This document shows positions 15,305-23,865 of a stretch of 26,925 nucleotides of DNA, piece after piece. Source of the stretch: Candidatus Heimdallarchaeota archaeon (GTDB lineage Archaea > Asgardarchaeota > Heimdallarchaeia > Heimdallarchaeales > Heimdallarchaeaceae); the NCBI GenBank assembly GCA_016840095.1, contig JAEOSZ010000054.1:1-26925 (forward strand), in the 5' to 3' direction. The notes beneath the pieces are model-generated. The model worked only from the letters and a program-made list of their open reading frames with translations, ran no database searches and was not told the DNA's origin. The position numbers and the translations under genes are program-made. Within the stretch, counting starts at the first letter, position 1; the number at the start of each line of letters is the position of its first letter.

Positions 15305-18010
15305 CTATTTTGAAATTTTGATAGCACATACTTTGAATTCTGGAATTTTTGCAATAGGATCTAAAGCATCATTAGTTAGAAGATTTGCAGCTGATTCTTT
15401 GTAATGGAAAGACATAAACACCAAACCTTCCTGTATCCTATCTGTAACTCTAGCAACGGTTGTTAGCTTACCTCTCCTTGATTCTATGGTTATTTTGTCC
15501 CCGTTTTTAATACCTAATTTTTCTGCATCTTTTGTATTTATTTCACTTCTTTCAATAGGTCTGCGTTCATGTAATCCCTTAGATCTTCTAGACATCTCTC
15601 CAGTGTGGAAATGGTACAAAATACGTCCTGTTGTTAGCATATATGGATATTCTTCATCTGGTAATTCAGCTGGATCTATATACGAAACTGTATGGAATTT
15701 GCCTTTTCCTCTACTGAATTCACTTTGGTGCAATATTTTGGTTCCTTCATGTTCTTTATCTTTGCAGGGCCATTGTAATCCAATTTTATTGATTCTTTCA
15801 AAGCTTATTCCTCCATAGATTGGTGATATTGAAGCTATTTCATCCATAATCTCACTGGGATCACTATACTTTGTTTCAATTCCAAATCGATTAAGCATTT
15901 CTTGGAGTATAATCCAATCTTGTTTTCTATCTCCAATAGGATCAATTGCTTTTCTAACACGTTGAACCCTTCTCTCTGTATTTGTAAAAGTTCCATCTTT
16001 TTCAGCAAAAGAGACACCAGGAAGAACAACATCGGCATATTTTGCTGTTTCAGTTAAGAAAAGATCTTGAACAACTAAGAATTCACATTTTTCAAGAGCT
16101 TCTCTTACGTGATTGAGGTTCGGATCACTTATTGCTGGATTTTCACCCATTATGTAAATGCCTCTGACGTCTCCTTTGTGGGCTGCATGCATTACTTCCA
16201 CAACAGTTAAACCAACCTCGTTATCTAAATCAGACACTCCCCATGCTTTCTCAAATTTTACTTTGTTTTCTGGAATTGTCACATTTTGATATCCAGGATA
16301 AACATTGGGTAAAGCTCCAAGATCACATGCACCTTGAACATTATTCTGACCTCTAAGAGGGTTAACACCAGCACCTGGTCTTCCTATTTGACCAGTTAGC
16401 ATTGCTAAATTGGCTAACGACAATACATTATCAGTACCTGTAGTGTGTTGGGTTATTCCCATAGAATAAACAATAGAAGCTGTTTTTGCATTAGCATACA
16501 TACGTGCGGCTTCCTTGACTTTGTCGACATCAACGTTTGCAATTTTACAAAGTAATTCCACAGATACATCTTCTAAACCCTTTTTGTATTCGTCAAATCC
16601 TTCTGTTCTATTATTGATAAATTCCTCATCATGTAATTTTTCATCCAGAATAACTTTCATGAAAGCGTTGATTAAAGCAACATCTGAGCCTGGTTTTTGT
16701 TGTAGATAGATTTCAGAATGATCTACTAACTCTATTTCTCTTGGGTCTGCTACAATGAGTTTACTAATGCCTTTCTTTACAGCTTGCTTAATTTTAATTC
16801 CTATAACCGGGTGAGCCTCTGTTGTATTGCTTCCTATTACAAATATCACTTCAGCATCATTAGTTAAATCATTAATACTGTTTGTCATTGCTCCAGAACC
16901 AAAAGCACGAGCTAAACCCGCAACAGTTGAAGCATGACATAGTCTTGCACAATGATCCACACTATTGGTTCCAACAGCTGCTCTAGCAAACTTTTGCATA
17001 AGATAATTTTCTTCATTGGTACATTTGGCAGAAGATAAGAAGGCAAGTGCTCTAGGACCGCTTTCATCTCGAATGTTTTTTAATTTTTGTTCAATCAAAT
17101 CAAAAGCTTCGTTCCAGGAAGCTTCAACAAACTCTCCTTTTTTCTTGATGAGTGGTGTGTTTAGTCTTTCGGGATGATTAACAAAATCCCATCCAAATCT
17201 ACCTTTAACACACAAAGCCATACCATTGACAACATTATCGAAGTTTGATTCAACATGAGAAATTGCATTTGTATCTGGATTTGCTAAAACATCAAAATTA
17301 CAACCTACTCCACAGTATGAGCATATAGTTGTAGTCCTAGTTAAATCATCACAGTATTCTGCATCTCTTACATGATGGGTAACAAGTGCTCCAGCTGGGC
17401 AAACAACAGTACAATTACCGCAAGCAACACAACCTGCACTTTCAAAACTACCTCCATCTGGTGTAGTTGGATAACCATCAAATTTACCTTTCTCTATTGA
17501 TAATACATTACAAACTTGAACATCACTTGTAACTCTAGTACAAGTTCCACATTTGATACAATTCTCGTAATTGAGTGAAAAGAACTCATTTGATTCATGT
17601 AGCTCTATTTCTTTTTTCTCCTTTTCCACAGGTTGATCTAGAAACTTCTCTTCCCATATTTTAACTCTACAATTTTGTCCAGAAGCACAAATAACACAGT
17701 CACCAGTGTGAAGTTTAGCAAATTTAGTAATTAGCGCTGTTCTAGTTCTGACTATTCTTTCTGTATCAGTTTTGACAATTGCGTTTGGTTTAGCAAGCTC
17801 CTTACAAGATGCTACTGTTTTAGAAGCATCACCTACCGTTTCTTCAACGACACAAACTCTGCATTTTGCTGCAGGTTCTATAGCTGGATGATGGCACAAT
17901 GTTGGTATTTCTATACCATTTCTTTCAGCAATAGAGTGATAGGTTTCATCTGTTCTACACTCGATTTCCTTGCCATCAATTGTTATCTTAATAATTTCTC
18001 CATCTGACAT
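15305..18010 (-). CDS. fdhF: formate dehydrogenase alpha subunit (Mo/W-bis-PGD, Cys ligand) with N-terminal [2Fe-2S]/[4Fe-4S] modules
   Basis: IPTLCHH...CRVCVVE; HTGDCVICASGQNC; CIKCGTC and CVACGNCTVVCP; CSYCGVGC...LCVKGRFG; DHCARLCHAST; LRGQNNVQG; GTFTNTERRVQ; KIPEFKVCA. Start is ATG 18010 or GTG 18019. Confidence 0.95.
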   Translation of the reverse strand: MSDGEIIKITIDGKEIECRTDETYHSIAERNGIEIPTLCHHPAIEPAAKCRVCVVEETVGDASKTVASCKELAKPNAIVKTDTERIVRTRTALITKFAKLHTGDCVICASGQNCRVKIWEEKFLDQPVEKEKKEIELHESNEFFSLNYENCIKCGTCTRVTSDVQVCNVLSIEKGKFDGYPTTPDGGSFESAGCVACGNCTVVCPAGALVTHHVRDAEYCDDLTRTTTICSYCGVGCNFDVLANPDTNAISHVESNFDNVVNGMALCVKGRFGWDFVNHPERLNTPLIKKKGEFVEASWNEAFDLIEQKLKNIRDESGPRALAFLSSAKCTNEENYLMQKFARAAVGTNSVDHCARLCHASTVAGLARAFGSGAMTNSINDLTNDAEVIFVIGSNTTEAHPVIGIKIKQAVKKGISKLIVADPREIELVDHSEIYLQQKPGSDVALINAFMKVILDEKLHDEEFINNRTEGFDEYKKGLEDVSVELLCKIANVDVDKVKEAARMYANAKTASIVYSMGITQHTTGTDNVLSLANLAMLTGQIGRPGAGVNPLRGQNNVQGACDLGALPNVYPGYQNVTIPENKVKFEKAWGVSDLDNEVGLTVVEVMHAAHKGDVRGIYIMGENPAISDPNLNHVREALEKCEFLVVQDLFLTETAKYADVVLPGVSFAEKDGTFTNTERRVQRVRKAIDPIGDRKQDWIILQEMLNRFGIETKYSDPSEIMDEIASISPIYGGISFERINKIGLQWPCKDKEHEGTKILHQSEFSRGKGKFHTVSYIDPAELPDEEYPYMLTTGRILYHFHTGEMSRRSKGLHERRPIERSEINTKDAEKLGIKNGDKITIESRRGKLTTVARVTDRIQEGLVFMSFHYKESAANLLTNDALDPIAKIPEFKVCAIKISK

Positions 18011-18208
18011 GATTTTCACATAATTAAATGATTATTTTGATAATGACTGTGACTACTAAAAATAGTTTTTAAAAAAGTCTTTCGCTGTACTTTTCCCACA
18101 TTTCAATTTTATATTTTTACACAAAACTTTAATCTAGCTAACACTTTTAGGATATAGTATCAAATTTAACAATATTCAAAAGTTGATGAAAAAAGAAAGA
18201 GGAAGCAC

Positions 18209-19249
18209 ATGTTAGAAACAAACCATAGGATATATTTCCAGAATGCACAAGATATGAGCACGATTGGAGATGAAACTGTAGATCTAATTCTTACCAGTCC
18301 TATGTATCCTCTAGTTCAGATCTGGGATGATGTTTTTTCTGAATTAAATGCAGAAATAGGTGTGGCATTAAAGAAAGAAGATGGAAATTTAGCTTTTGAA
18401 CTAATGCATCTAGAGCTTGATAAAGTGTGGAATGAAGCATTTAGGGTTTTGAAAACAAATGGCATTGCATGTATCAATATAGGAGATACAACAAGAAGCA
18501 TTGGAAAAGATTTCAAACTTTATGCATCTCATGCTAGAATTATCTCACATTGTTGTCAGTTGGGCTTTCAATGCCTTCCTCTCATTATATGGACAAAACT
18601 AACAAATGCCCCAAACAAATTCATGGGTTCAGGTATGCTACCACCAGGAGGTTATGTAACTCTAGAACATGAATACATTCTTGTTTTTCGTAAAGGTGGT
18701 AAAAGAGAATTCAAAACAGAGAAAGAGAAGCAGAGAAGGTTTGATAGTAGCTATTTCTGGGAAGAAAGAAACAAGTGGTTTTCTGATGTTTGGGATCTCA
18801 AAGGTGTTCATCAATCTTTGAAACAGAACAACATCAGAGAAAGGAGCGCAGCCTTTCCTTTTGAATTGGCTTATCGTTTAATTAGCATGTATTCATTGAA
18901 ATATGACACTGTTTTAGATCCCTTCCTTGGAACAGGAACAACAATGCTAGCAGCTATGGCTTTAGAAAGAAACAGTGTTGGGATTGAAATTGCTACAAAC
19001 TTCAATGAGATAATTGATAGCAGAATTAAGGATATAGTAACTCATGCAAATGAATACAACCAAATCAGATTGAAAGAGCATAAAGAGTTTATGAAAGAAT
19101 ATTCTGACAAACATGGTGAAACGAAATATAGTAACGAGTTCTATGGATTTCCAGTTAAAACAAAACAAGAAGTTAGCTTCAAGCTAAGAGAGCTTCAAGA
19201 TGTAAAGAAGTTGGATGAGGGATTGTATTCTGTTTCATATATTGAATAA
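18209..19249 (+). CDS. orphan beta-class N4-cytosine DNA methyltransferase, M.MthZI-like (probable CTAG specificity)
   Basis: N-terminal motif IV TSPMY and C-terminal motif I VLDPFLGTGTT. Blocks KFMGSGMLPP, EHEYIL, SYFWEERNKWFSDVW and PFELAYRLI match my recollection of M.MthZI-type CTAG methylases. No adjacent restriction nuclease. Confidence 0.88.
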   Translation: MLETNHRIYFQNAQDMSTIGDETVDLILTSPMYPLVQIWDDVFSELNAEIGVALKKEDGNLAFELMHLELDKVWNEAFRVLKTNGIACINIGDTTRSIGKDFKLYASHARIISHCCQLGFQCLPLIIWTKLTNAPNKFMGSGMLPPGGYVTLEHEYILVFRKGGKREFKTEKEKQRRFDSSYFWEERNKWFSDVWDLKGVHQSLKQNNIRERSAAFPFELAYRLISMYSLKYDTVLDPFLGTGTTMLAAMALERNSVGIEIATNFNEIIDSRIKDIVTHANEYNQIRLKEHKEFMKEYSDKHGETKYSNEFYGFPVKTKQEVSFKLRELQDVKKLDEGLYSVSYIE

Positions 19250-19296
19250 TTCTCTAAACTTTTATAACTCATAAACTGTTTTTAACACAGGAAGAA

Positions 19297-20160
19297 GTGT
19301 ATATTTTGACTATAAATACAAAAGTAGCCATAATTGTTCCAGAAAAAGATCAAGCAGCACAAACAATGTGGCAGGTTCTAATTAAACAGTCATTGTTTAA
19401 AGAAACAAATGAAAGATTTGATAGCAATCCAGTCTACTCTTTAATTCAAGATTCCACTAACATCAAACTAATTCACACAAAGAAAGATGGAGTAGAATCC
19501 AATCATCTTGATGAAGCAATTAATGCTGAGCTATACATCTTTGCTAGTCGTCATAGAGCAGCTTCCGGAACCCCAGCATTGTTAATCCATCCTACTGGAA
19601 ACTGGTCAAAAATAACATTAGCTGGGAGAGAATCAGAGCTTTCACATACCTCAAGTTGGGCATTGAATTTCGGTTTGAGAAAGTTAAAACAAAAACAAGT
19701 GGAGTTCAATCTAGATGAATTTAAGGTTGATTTAGAAGTAACTCATCATGGACCCACTGAATTAAAGACTCCTCTTATTTTCATGGAATTGGGTAGTAGT
19801 GAAGAATATTGGGTGCATGAGACTGGTGCTACAGCTGTAATTGAAGCAATAATAGAAACAGCTCAAGGATTCATAAAAAGAGGCAATTTCCAGAATCAGA
19901 GCTATATTGGAATAGGAGGAAATCATTATGCTTATCGTTTTCATAAACATTTGATGGAAAATGAAAATGTATTTGTTAGTCACATTGCAGCTAAACATTC
20001 ATTAGATGATTTAACAGAAGAAGTACTTAAACAAGCTTTCGAGAAAACAATTGAATCACCTGTTGGAGCACTAATAGATAAAAAAGGTGCGAGATCGGAA
20101 CAAAGGAAGAATGCAATTGAAATGCTGGAGAGTATAGGAAAGGAACATGTATTTATCTAA
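19297..20160 (+). CDS. dtdA: archaeal-type D-aminoacyl-tRNA deacylase (DTD2/GEK1 family)
   Basis: Motifs FASRH, LLIHPTGNW, EVTHHGPT, FMELGSSEEYW and GIGGNHYA. Exact start uncertain (GTG 19297). Confidence 0.92.
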   Translation: MYILTINTKVAIIVPEKDQAAQTMWQVLIKQSLFKETNERFDSNPVYSLIQDSTNIKLIHTKKDGVESNHLDEAINAELYIFASRHRAASGTPALLIHPTGNWSKITLAGRESELSHTSSWALNFGLRKLKQKQVEFNLDEFKVDLEVTHHGPTELKTPLIFMELGSSEEYWVHETGATAVIEAIIETAQGFIKRGNFQNQSYIGIGGNHYAYRFHKHLMENENVFVSHIAAKHSLDDLTEEVLKQAFEKTIESPVGALIDKKGARSEQRKNAIEMLESIGKEHVFI

Positions 20161-20219
20161 CAATCCTCATAGGTTTTTTTTGGGTTTTTATACACTATTT
20201 TAGAACAATTCCTGATATT

Positions 20220-21101
20220 ATGCATAATGTTAGGGATAAAGAAGTAAAGAGTTCACAGATTCAAGATAAGGTAATTGTTATCACAGGTGCTTCCTCGGGA
20301 ATAGGGAAAGCGGTATCTCTTGCTTTAGCAGTTCACAAACCAAAAATGGTGATTGTTGCAAGAAGAAAGAAAAAGCTGATGCAAACAGCTGGAAGTCTAA
20401 AAAGAATGGGTTTGAAAGTATTACCCATCGTAGCTGATGTAAGAAATAGTGAAGACAGAGATAAAATAATAGATCTTTCAATTAGTGTATTCGAATCAAT
20501 TGACATTTTCATTAACAATGCAGGGATAGGGAAGGTAAATTTGTTTCTAGATCAACCTGAAGAGGAGATTGATGAATTAATAGAAACTAATGTACTCTCT
20601 TTAATTAAATTGACTCAAAAAGCTACAAAAATAATGAAGGATCAAGGTCACGGACATATTATCAACTTATCGTCATCATTAGCAATGCTTCCCACATATC
20701 CATTTGCTGTTTATACAGCTACAAAAGCAGCAGTAAAATCATTTAGTGATTGCATTAGAGAGGAATTGGAAGGATATGGTGTAAAAGTCTCCACAGTTCT
20801 TCCCGGACCCTATGGTACAGAATTTAATAAAGTGGCAAATATTGGAAAGGCTTCTTTCAAAGTATATGATGTTACAAAACTAGCAAAAGAAATCGTAGAA
20901 TTAATACTAAAACCAAAGGAGAATCTAATATTGCCAAAAAAATTCAGCCCATTAATTTGGTTTACAAATCTTTCTAAGAAATTCAAAAAGGTAGTAACTT
21001 CTGGTATTGCTGCTCAAATAATGGCAGGAAAATTAGAAACAGATGAAAAACTTGCACCAGAAAAAGAGATGATAGAGGCTGAAATAAAGATAACCACTTA
21101 A
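20220..21101 (+). CDS. short-chain dehydrogenase/reductase (probably NADP-preferring)
   Basis: Motifs ITGASSGIG, VARR, NNAG, NLSS, YTATK and PG. Confidence 0.93.
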   Translation: MHNVRDKEVKSSQIQDKVIVITGASSGIGKAVSLALAVHKPKMVIVARRKKKLMQTAGSLKRMGLKVLPIVADVRNSEDRDKIIDLSISVFESIDIFINNAGIGKVNLFLDQPEEEIDELIETNVLSLIKLTQKATKIMKDQGHGHIINLSSSLAMLPTYPFAVYTATKAAVKSFSDCIREELEGYGVKVSTVLPGPYGTEFNKVANIGKASFKVYDVTKLAKEIVELILKPKENLILPKKFSPLIWFTNLSKKFKKVVTSGIAAQIMAGKLETDEKLAPEKEMIEAEIKITT

Positions 21102-21182
21102 TGGTTTTTCTGCTTTATTCTATTGATAATTTCATTTTTTGTTGAGTTTAAATATTGACCTTGAGTACTACCATTGACTAAA

Positions 21183-21353
21183 ATGTTAATCTTTCAAAAA
21201 TTGAAAAGTTTAAGATTGAATAAAAAGGGTGGCCCTATCCTAGAGGAGATCTTACTCATTGGAATTGCCATACTCATATTTGCAATTATCTTTGGGATAA
21301 TTATGAGTTTGATCGATTGGTCCCAAGTTTCTTTCGAAAACCTCTTTGGGTGA
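21183..21353 (+). CDS. 56-aa putative prepilin with class III signal peptide (Flp/type IV pilin-like)
   Basis: Below the ORF-track cut-off. Manual translation: MLIFQKLKSLRLNKKG|GPILEEILLIGIAILIFAIIFGIIMSLIDWSQVSFENLFG*. It has a basic leader, KKG cleavage site, Glu at +5 and a ~20-aa hydrophobic helix. Confidence 0.75.
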   Translation: MLIFQKLKSLRLNKKGGPILEEILLIGIAILIFAIIFGIIMSLIDWSQVSFENLFG

Positions 21354-21405
21354 ATTGCAGCTAACTTCTTTTAGGTTTTTAAATAATTTTTAATATTATT
21401 AGATT

Positions 21406-21465
21406 GAGGCTAGCAAGACCACATTTTAATATAATTCTCATATAAGCACTTTTATTGCTAGCTTC
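21406..21465. repeat. 11-bp inverted repeat with 38-nt spacer between convergent genes
   Basis: GAGGCTAGCAA (21406-21416) pairs with TTGCTAGCTTC (21455-21465) with one G.T wobble. Confidence 0.5.
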
Positions 21466-21487
21466 CTCCCAACCCTTCTCTTAGGAA

Positions 21488-22390
21488 TTAGGGTTTGTTG
21501 AAAAGATCAAATCGTGCATAATGACCACTTATATCAAGATTTTGTCTTTCTTGAATTGCTAGAAGGGGATCAATGTCTGCATATAGGATGCCTTCTTCAT
21601 CGATTAAAGGACCAGCAACAACTTCACCTTTTGGATTGACGATAACAGAACCTCCATTCTGCCAACTTGAAGAACGAGATTCAAGTATTTTCTTCATTGG
21701 AAATTCGGTTTCATCTAAATGAGAGAAATCAGTTGGTCTAATCAAACCGGAAGTTGATACAACCCAAGATCGACCTTCTAGAGCAATGAAACGAGTTATA
21801 TCCTCAGTTAACTTTGAACTGCCTGGCCAGACAGCTATGTGAAGGATTTCTTCTTGTAAGTGTAAAGCAGCTCTTGCTAGAGGCAACCAATTCTCCCAAC
21901 AGTTTAATCCTCCTACTTTGATTCCTTTAAGATCATAAGTTTTCAACCCCTCTCTATCACCATCTGCCCAAACTAACCTTTCTTCATAAGTAGGTTTAAG
22001 CTTGCGATGTCTTCCTAGAATTTTTCCATTTTGATCAATTGTTAATAATGTACAATAAATAGAGGCTCCCTCTTTTTCTGCTATGCCACCCATAAACATA
22101 ATTCCCAGCTTTTGTGCTAGTTCTTTCATCTCATCAATTATCGAACTGTTGCTTAGCTTAATAGCTTCTTCCCAATATTTTGAATAAACTTTCTTCTGTT
22201 CAGTATCATTAAATCTGGCTCCACCTGAAGGTGAAACCCATATAGGATAAGCTGGAATCAGGGTTTCGCCCCATGTAACAAGTTCAGCTCCATTGGAAAC
22301 AGCTTCAATTATTTTTTCAGAGAGTTTATTCCATGTTTTTTGTGCATTAAGGAAGATTGGTGCAATCTGTATACTTGCAACTTTGATCAT
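21488..22390 (-). CDS. nitrilase (carbon-nitrogen hydrolase)
   Basis: Catalytic triad motifs GETLIPAYP (Glu), HRKLKPTYEER (Lys) and LNCWENW (Cys), and a DISGHYAR tail. True start is probably ATG 22390 (MIKVASIQIAP); the track's 22480 start overlaps argF. Confidence 0.93.
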   Translation of the reverse strand: MIKVASIQIAPIFLNAQKTWNKLSEKIIEAVSNGAELVTWGETLIPAYPIWVSPSGGARFNDTEQKKVYSKYWEEAIKLSNSSIIDEMKELAQKLGIMFMGGIAEKEGASIYCTLLTIDQNGKILGRHRKLKPTYEERLVWADGDREGLKTYDLKGIKVGGLNCWENWLPLARAALHLQEEILHIAVWPGSSKLTEDITRFIALEGRSWVVSTSGLIRPTDFSHLDETEFPMKKILESRSSSWQNGGSVIVNPKGEVVAGPLIDEEGILYADIDPLLAIQERQNLDISGHYARFDLFNKP

Positions 22391-22461
22391 AATTGAGAAG
22401 AACCCTAGAAATGTAAAAAGTTTTCGAACAATAAAGTATAACAAAAATAAATAGGAGGCTA

Positions 22462-23391
22462 TTAACCCCCCATAAAGCAATTTAGAACTGCCATCACAGT
22501 ATGTAGTCTGTTTTCAGCTTCATCGAATACTACACTGTTTCCACTTTCAAATACTTCTTCAGTTGCCTCTTTGTGTTTGTAAGGTAAACAATGCATGAAT
22601 AGATAGTCTGATTTAGCATTAGCAACAAGCTCCTCTGTAACAACGTAATTCTCAAATTCCTTGAGTTTGGCAGCAGCTTCTTTTTCTTCTCCCATAGATA
22701 CGAAAGTATCAGTTACTACTACGTCTGCATTGGTAACAGCTGTAACAGCATCATTTGTAATTTCGATCTTTGCTCCAGTCTCTTCTGCATAATCTATGGC
22801 AAGTTCTACAACATCTGTAGGTGGTTCATAACCTTTTGGTGTAGCTACCGACATATCCATACCCATCTTTGCGCATCCGATTAGCAATGAATTACAAACA
22901 TTGTTTCCGTCACCTACCCAAGCAAGTTTCAATCCTTCAAGCTTACCCTTGTGTTCTTCAATAGTTAGGAGATCAGCAAGAATTTGCAGAGGATGATACT
23001 TATCAGAAAGAGCATTAATGATTGGAACTGATGCATATTTTTCTAATTCAACGACATCGTTGTGTGAAAAAACACGTGCCAGTACTCCGTCAACCATCCG
23101 AGTTAGAACACGAGCTGTATCCTTTATAGTTTCACCGGCACCAAGCTGAATATCTGCTGAACTTAGAAAAACTGCGTGTCCCCCTAAGTTATACATTGCA
23201 ACTTCTGTTGAGACTCTAGTACGTGTAGAACGTTTTTGGAAAATCATTCCTAGAGTTAAACCAGAAAGAGGTTTGGTTCTTTTGTAAGCTTTAAAGTCAG
23301 CTTTCAATCGTTTAGATTCATCAAGAAGAAAACGGATTTCAGCTGCAGTGAAATCCTCTAATGATAGAAGTGATCTACCTTTCAAATCCAT
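22462..23391 (-). CDS. argF: ornithine carbamoyltransferase
   Basis: Motifs STRT, HPLQILAD, GDGNN, DTFVSMG, HCLP and AENRLH. Start is ATG 23391 or GTG 23400. Confidence 0.96.
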   Translation of the reverse strand: MDLKGRSLLSLEDFTAAEIRFLLDESKRLKADFKAYKRTKPLSGLTLGMIFQKRSTRTRVSTEVAMYNLGGHAVFLSSADIQLGAGETIKDTARVLTRMVDGVLARVFSHNDVVELEKYASVPIINALSDKYHPLQILADLLTIEEHKGKLEGLKLAWVGDGNNVCNSLLIGCAKMGMDMSVATPKGYEPPTDVVELAIDYAEETGAKIEITNDAVTAVTNADVVVTDTFVSMGEEKEAAAKLKEFENYVVTEELVANAKSDYLFMHCLPYKHKEATEEVFESGNSVVFDEAENRLHTVMAVLNCFMGG

Positions 23392-23447
23392 TTTACTCAC
23401 TTGGTCAAAACTGGAAAGAAGATTTAAAAAATGTTCGATGCGACTTG

Positions 23448-23777
23448 TTACTGCCTCTTTCTCTCTTTAGCAGGTGCACCCATAACCCAAATTTCCCATA
23501 ATAAAAGTAGCAGATAAATGGGGAGAAACACATACAGTATATAGATTGAGTTTTTCCCCCTAAGTACTATTAGTAATACAATAAGGACTAAAATCCAAAC
23601 AATCTGAAGTGCGGGTGAACCCCTTCTAAGTTCTCGTTCATATTTGATTCTCTTTCGAAAACGGTTTGAACCAAAAGTGAAATACCTTCTTCCAAAAGCT
23701 TTGAAACCTCTAGAAAAGCGTTTAGAAATCCATCTTGGTTCTCTTTCCTCTTTTCGCCTCTGGTTCATTCTAGACAT
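23448..23777 (-). CDS. hypothetical membrane protein with a very Arg/Lys-rich N-terminus and two TM helices
   Basis: 109-aa ATG ORF that fills the gap cleanly. Hydrophobic segments are LQIVWILVLIVLLIVL and IYILYVFLPIYLLLLLW. Confidence 0.7.
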   Translation of the reverse strand: MSRMNQRRKEEREPRWISKRFSRGFKAFGRRYFTFGSNRFRKRIKYERELRRGSPALQIVWILVLIVLLIVLRGKNSIYILYVFLPIYLLLLLWEIWVMGAPAKERKRQ

Positions 23778-23865
23778 CTAAACGTATAGAAATTTAATAA
23801 TCTTTGTAACTCTTGTGTTTACGCAGAATTTTTATGCTACTTCTGATAAACTGTAGTTGAGAAAA

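Noticed and set aside
16937-16939. Selenocysteine in the FDH active site
   Set aside because: The codon is TGT (Cys) and the ORF is uninterrupted.
18209-20160. Complete type II restriction-modification system
   Set aside because: The downstream gene is a clear DTD2 deacylase and the upstream gene is FDH; there is no nuclease candidate.
21351-21465. Selenocysteine read-through of the pilin-like ORF's TGA, using the downstream hairpin as a SECIS
   Set aside because: Read-through adds only six more residues with no redox motif, and the hairpin lacks an AUGA/GA or GAA/A SECIS core on that strand.
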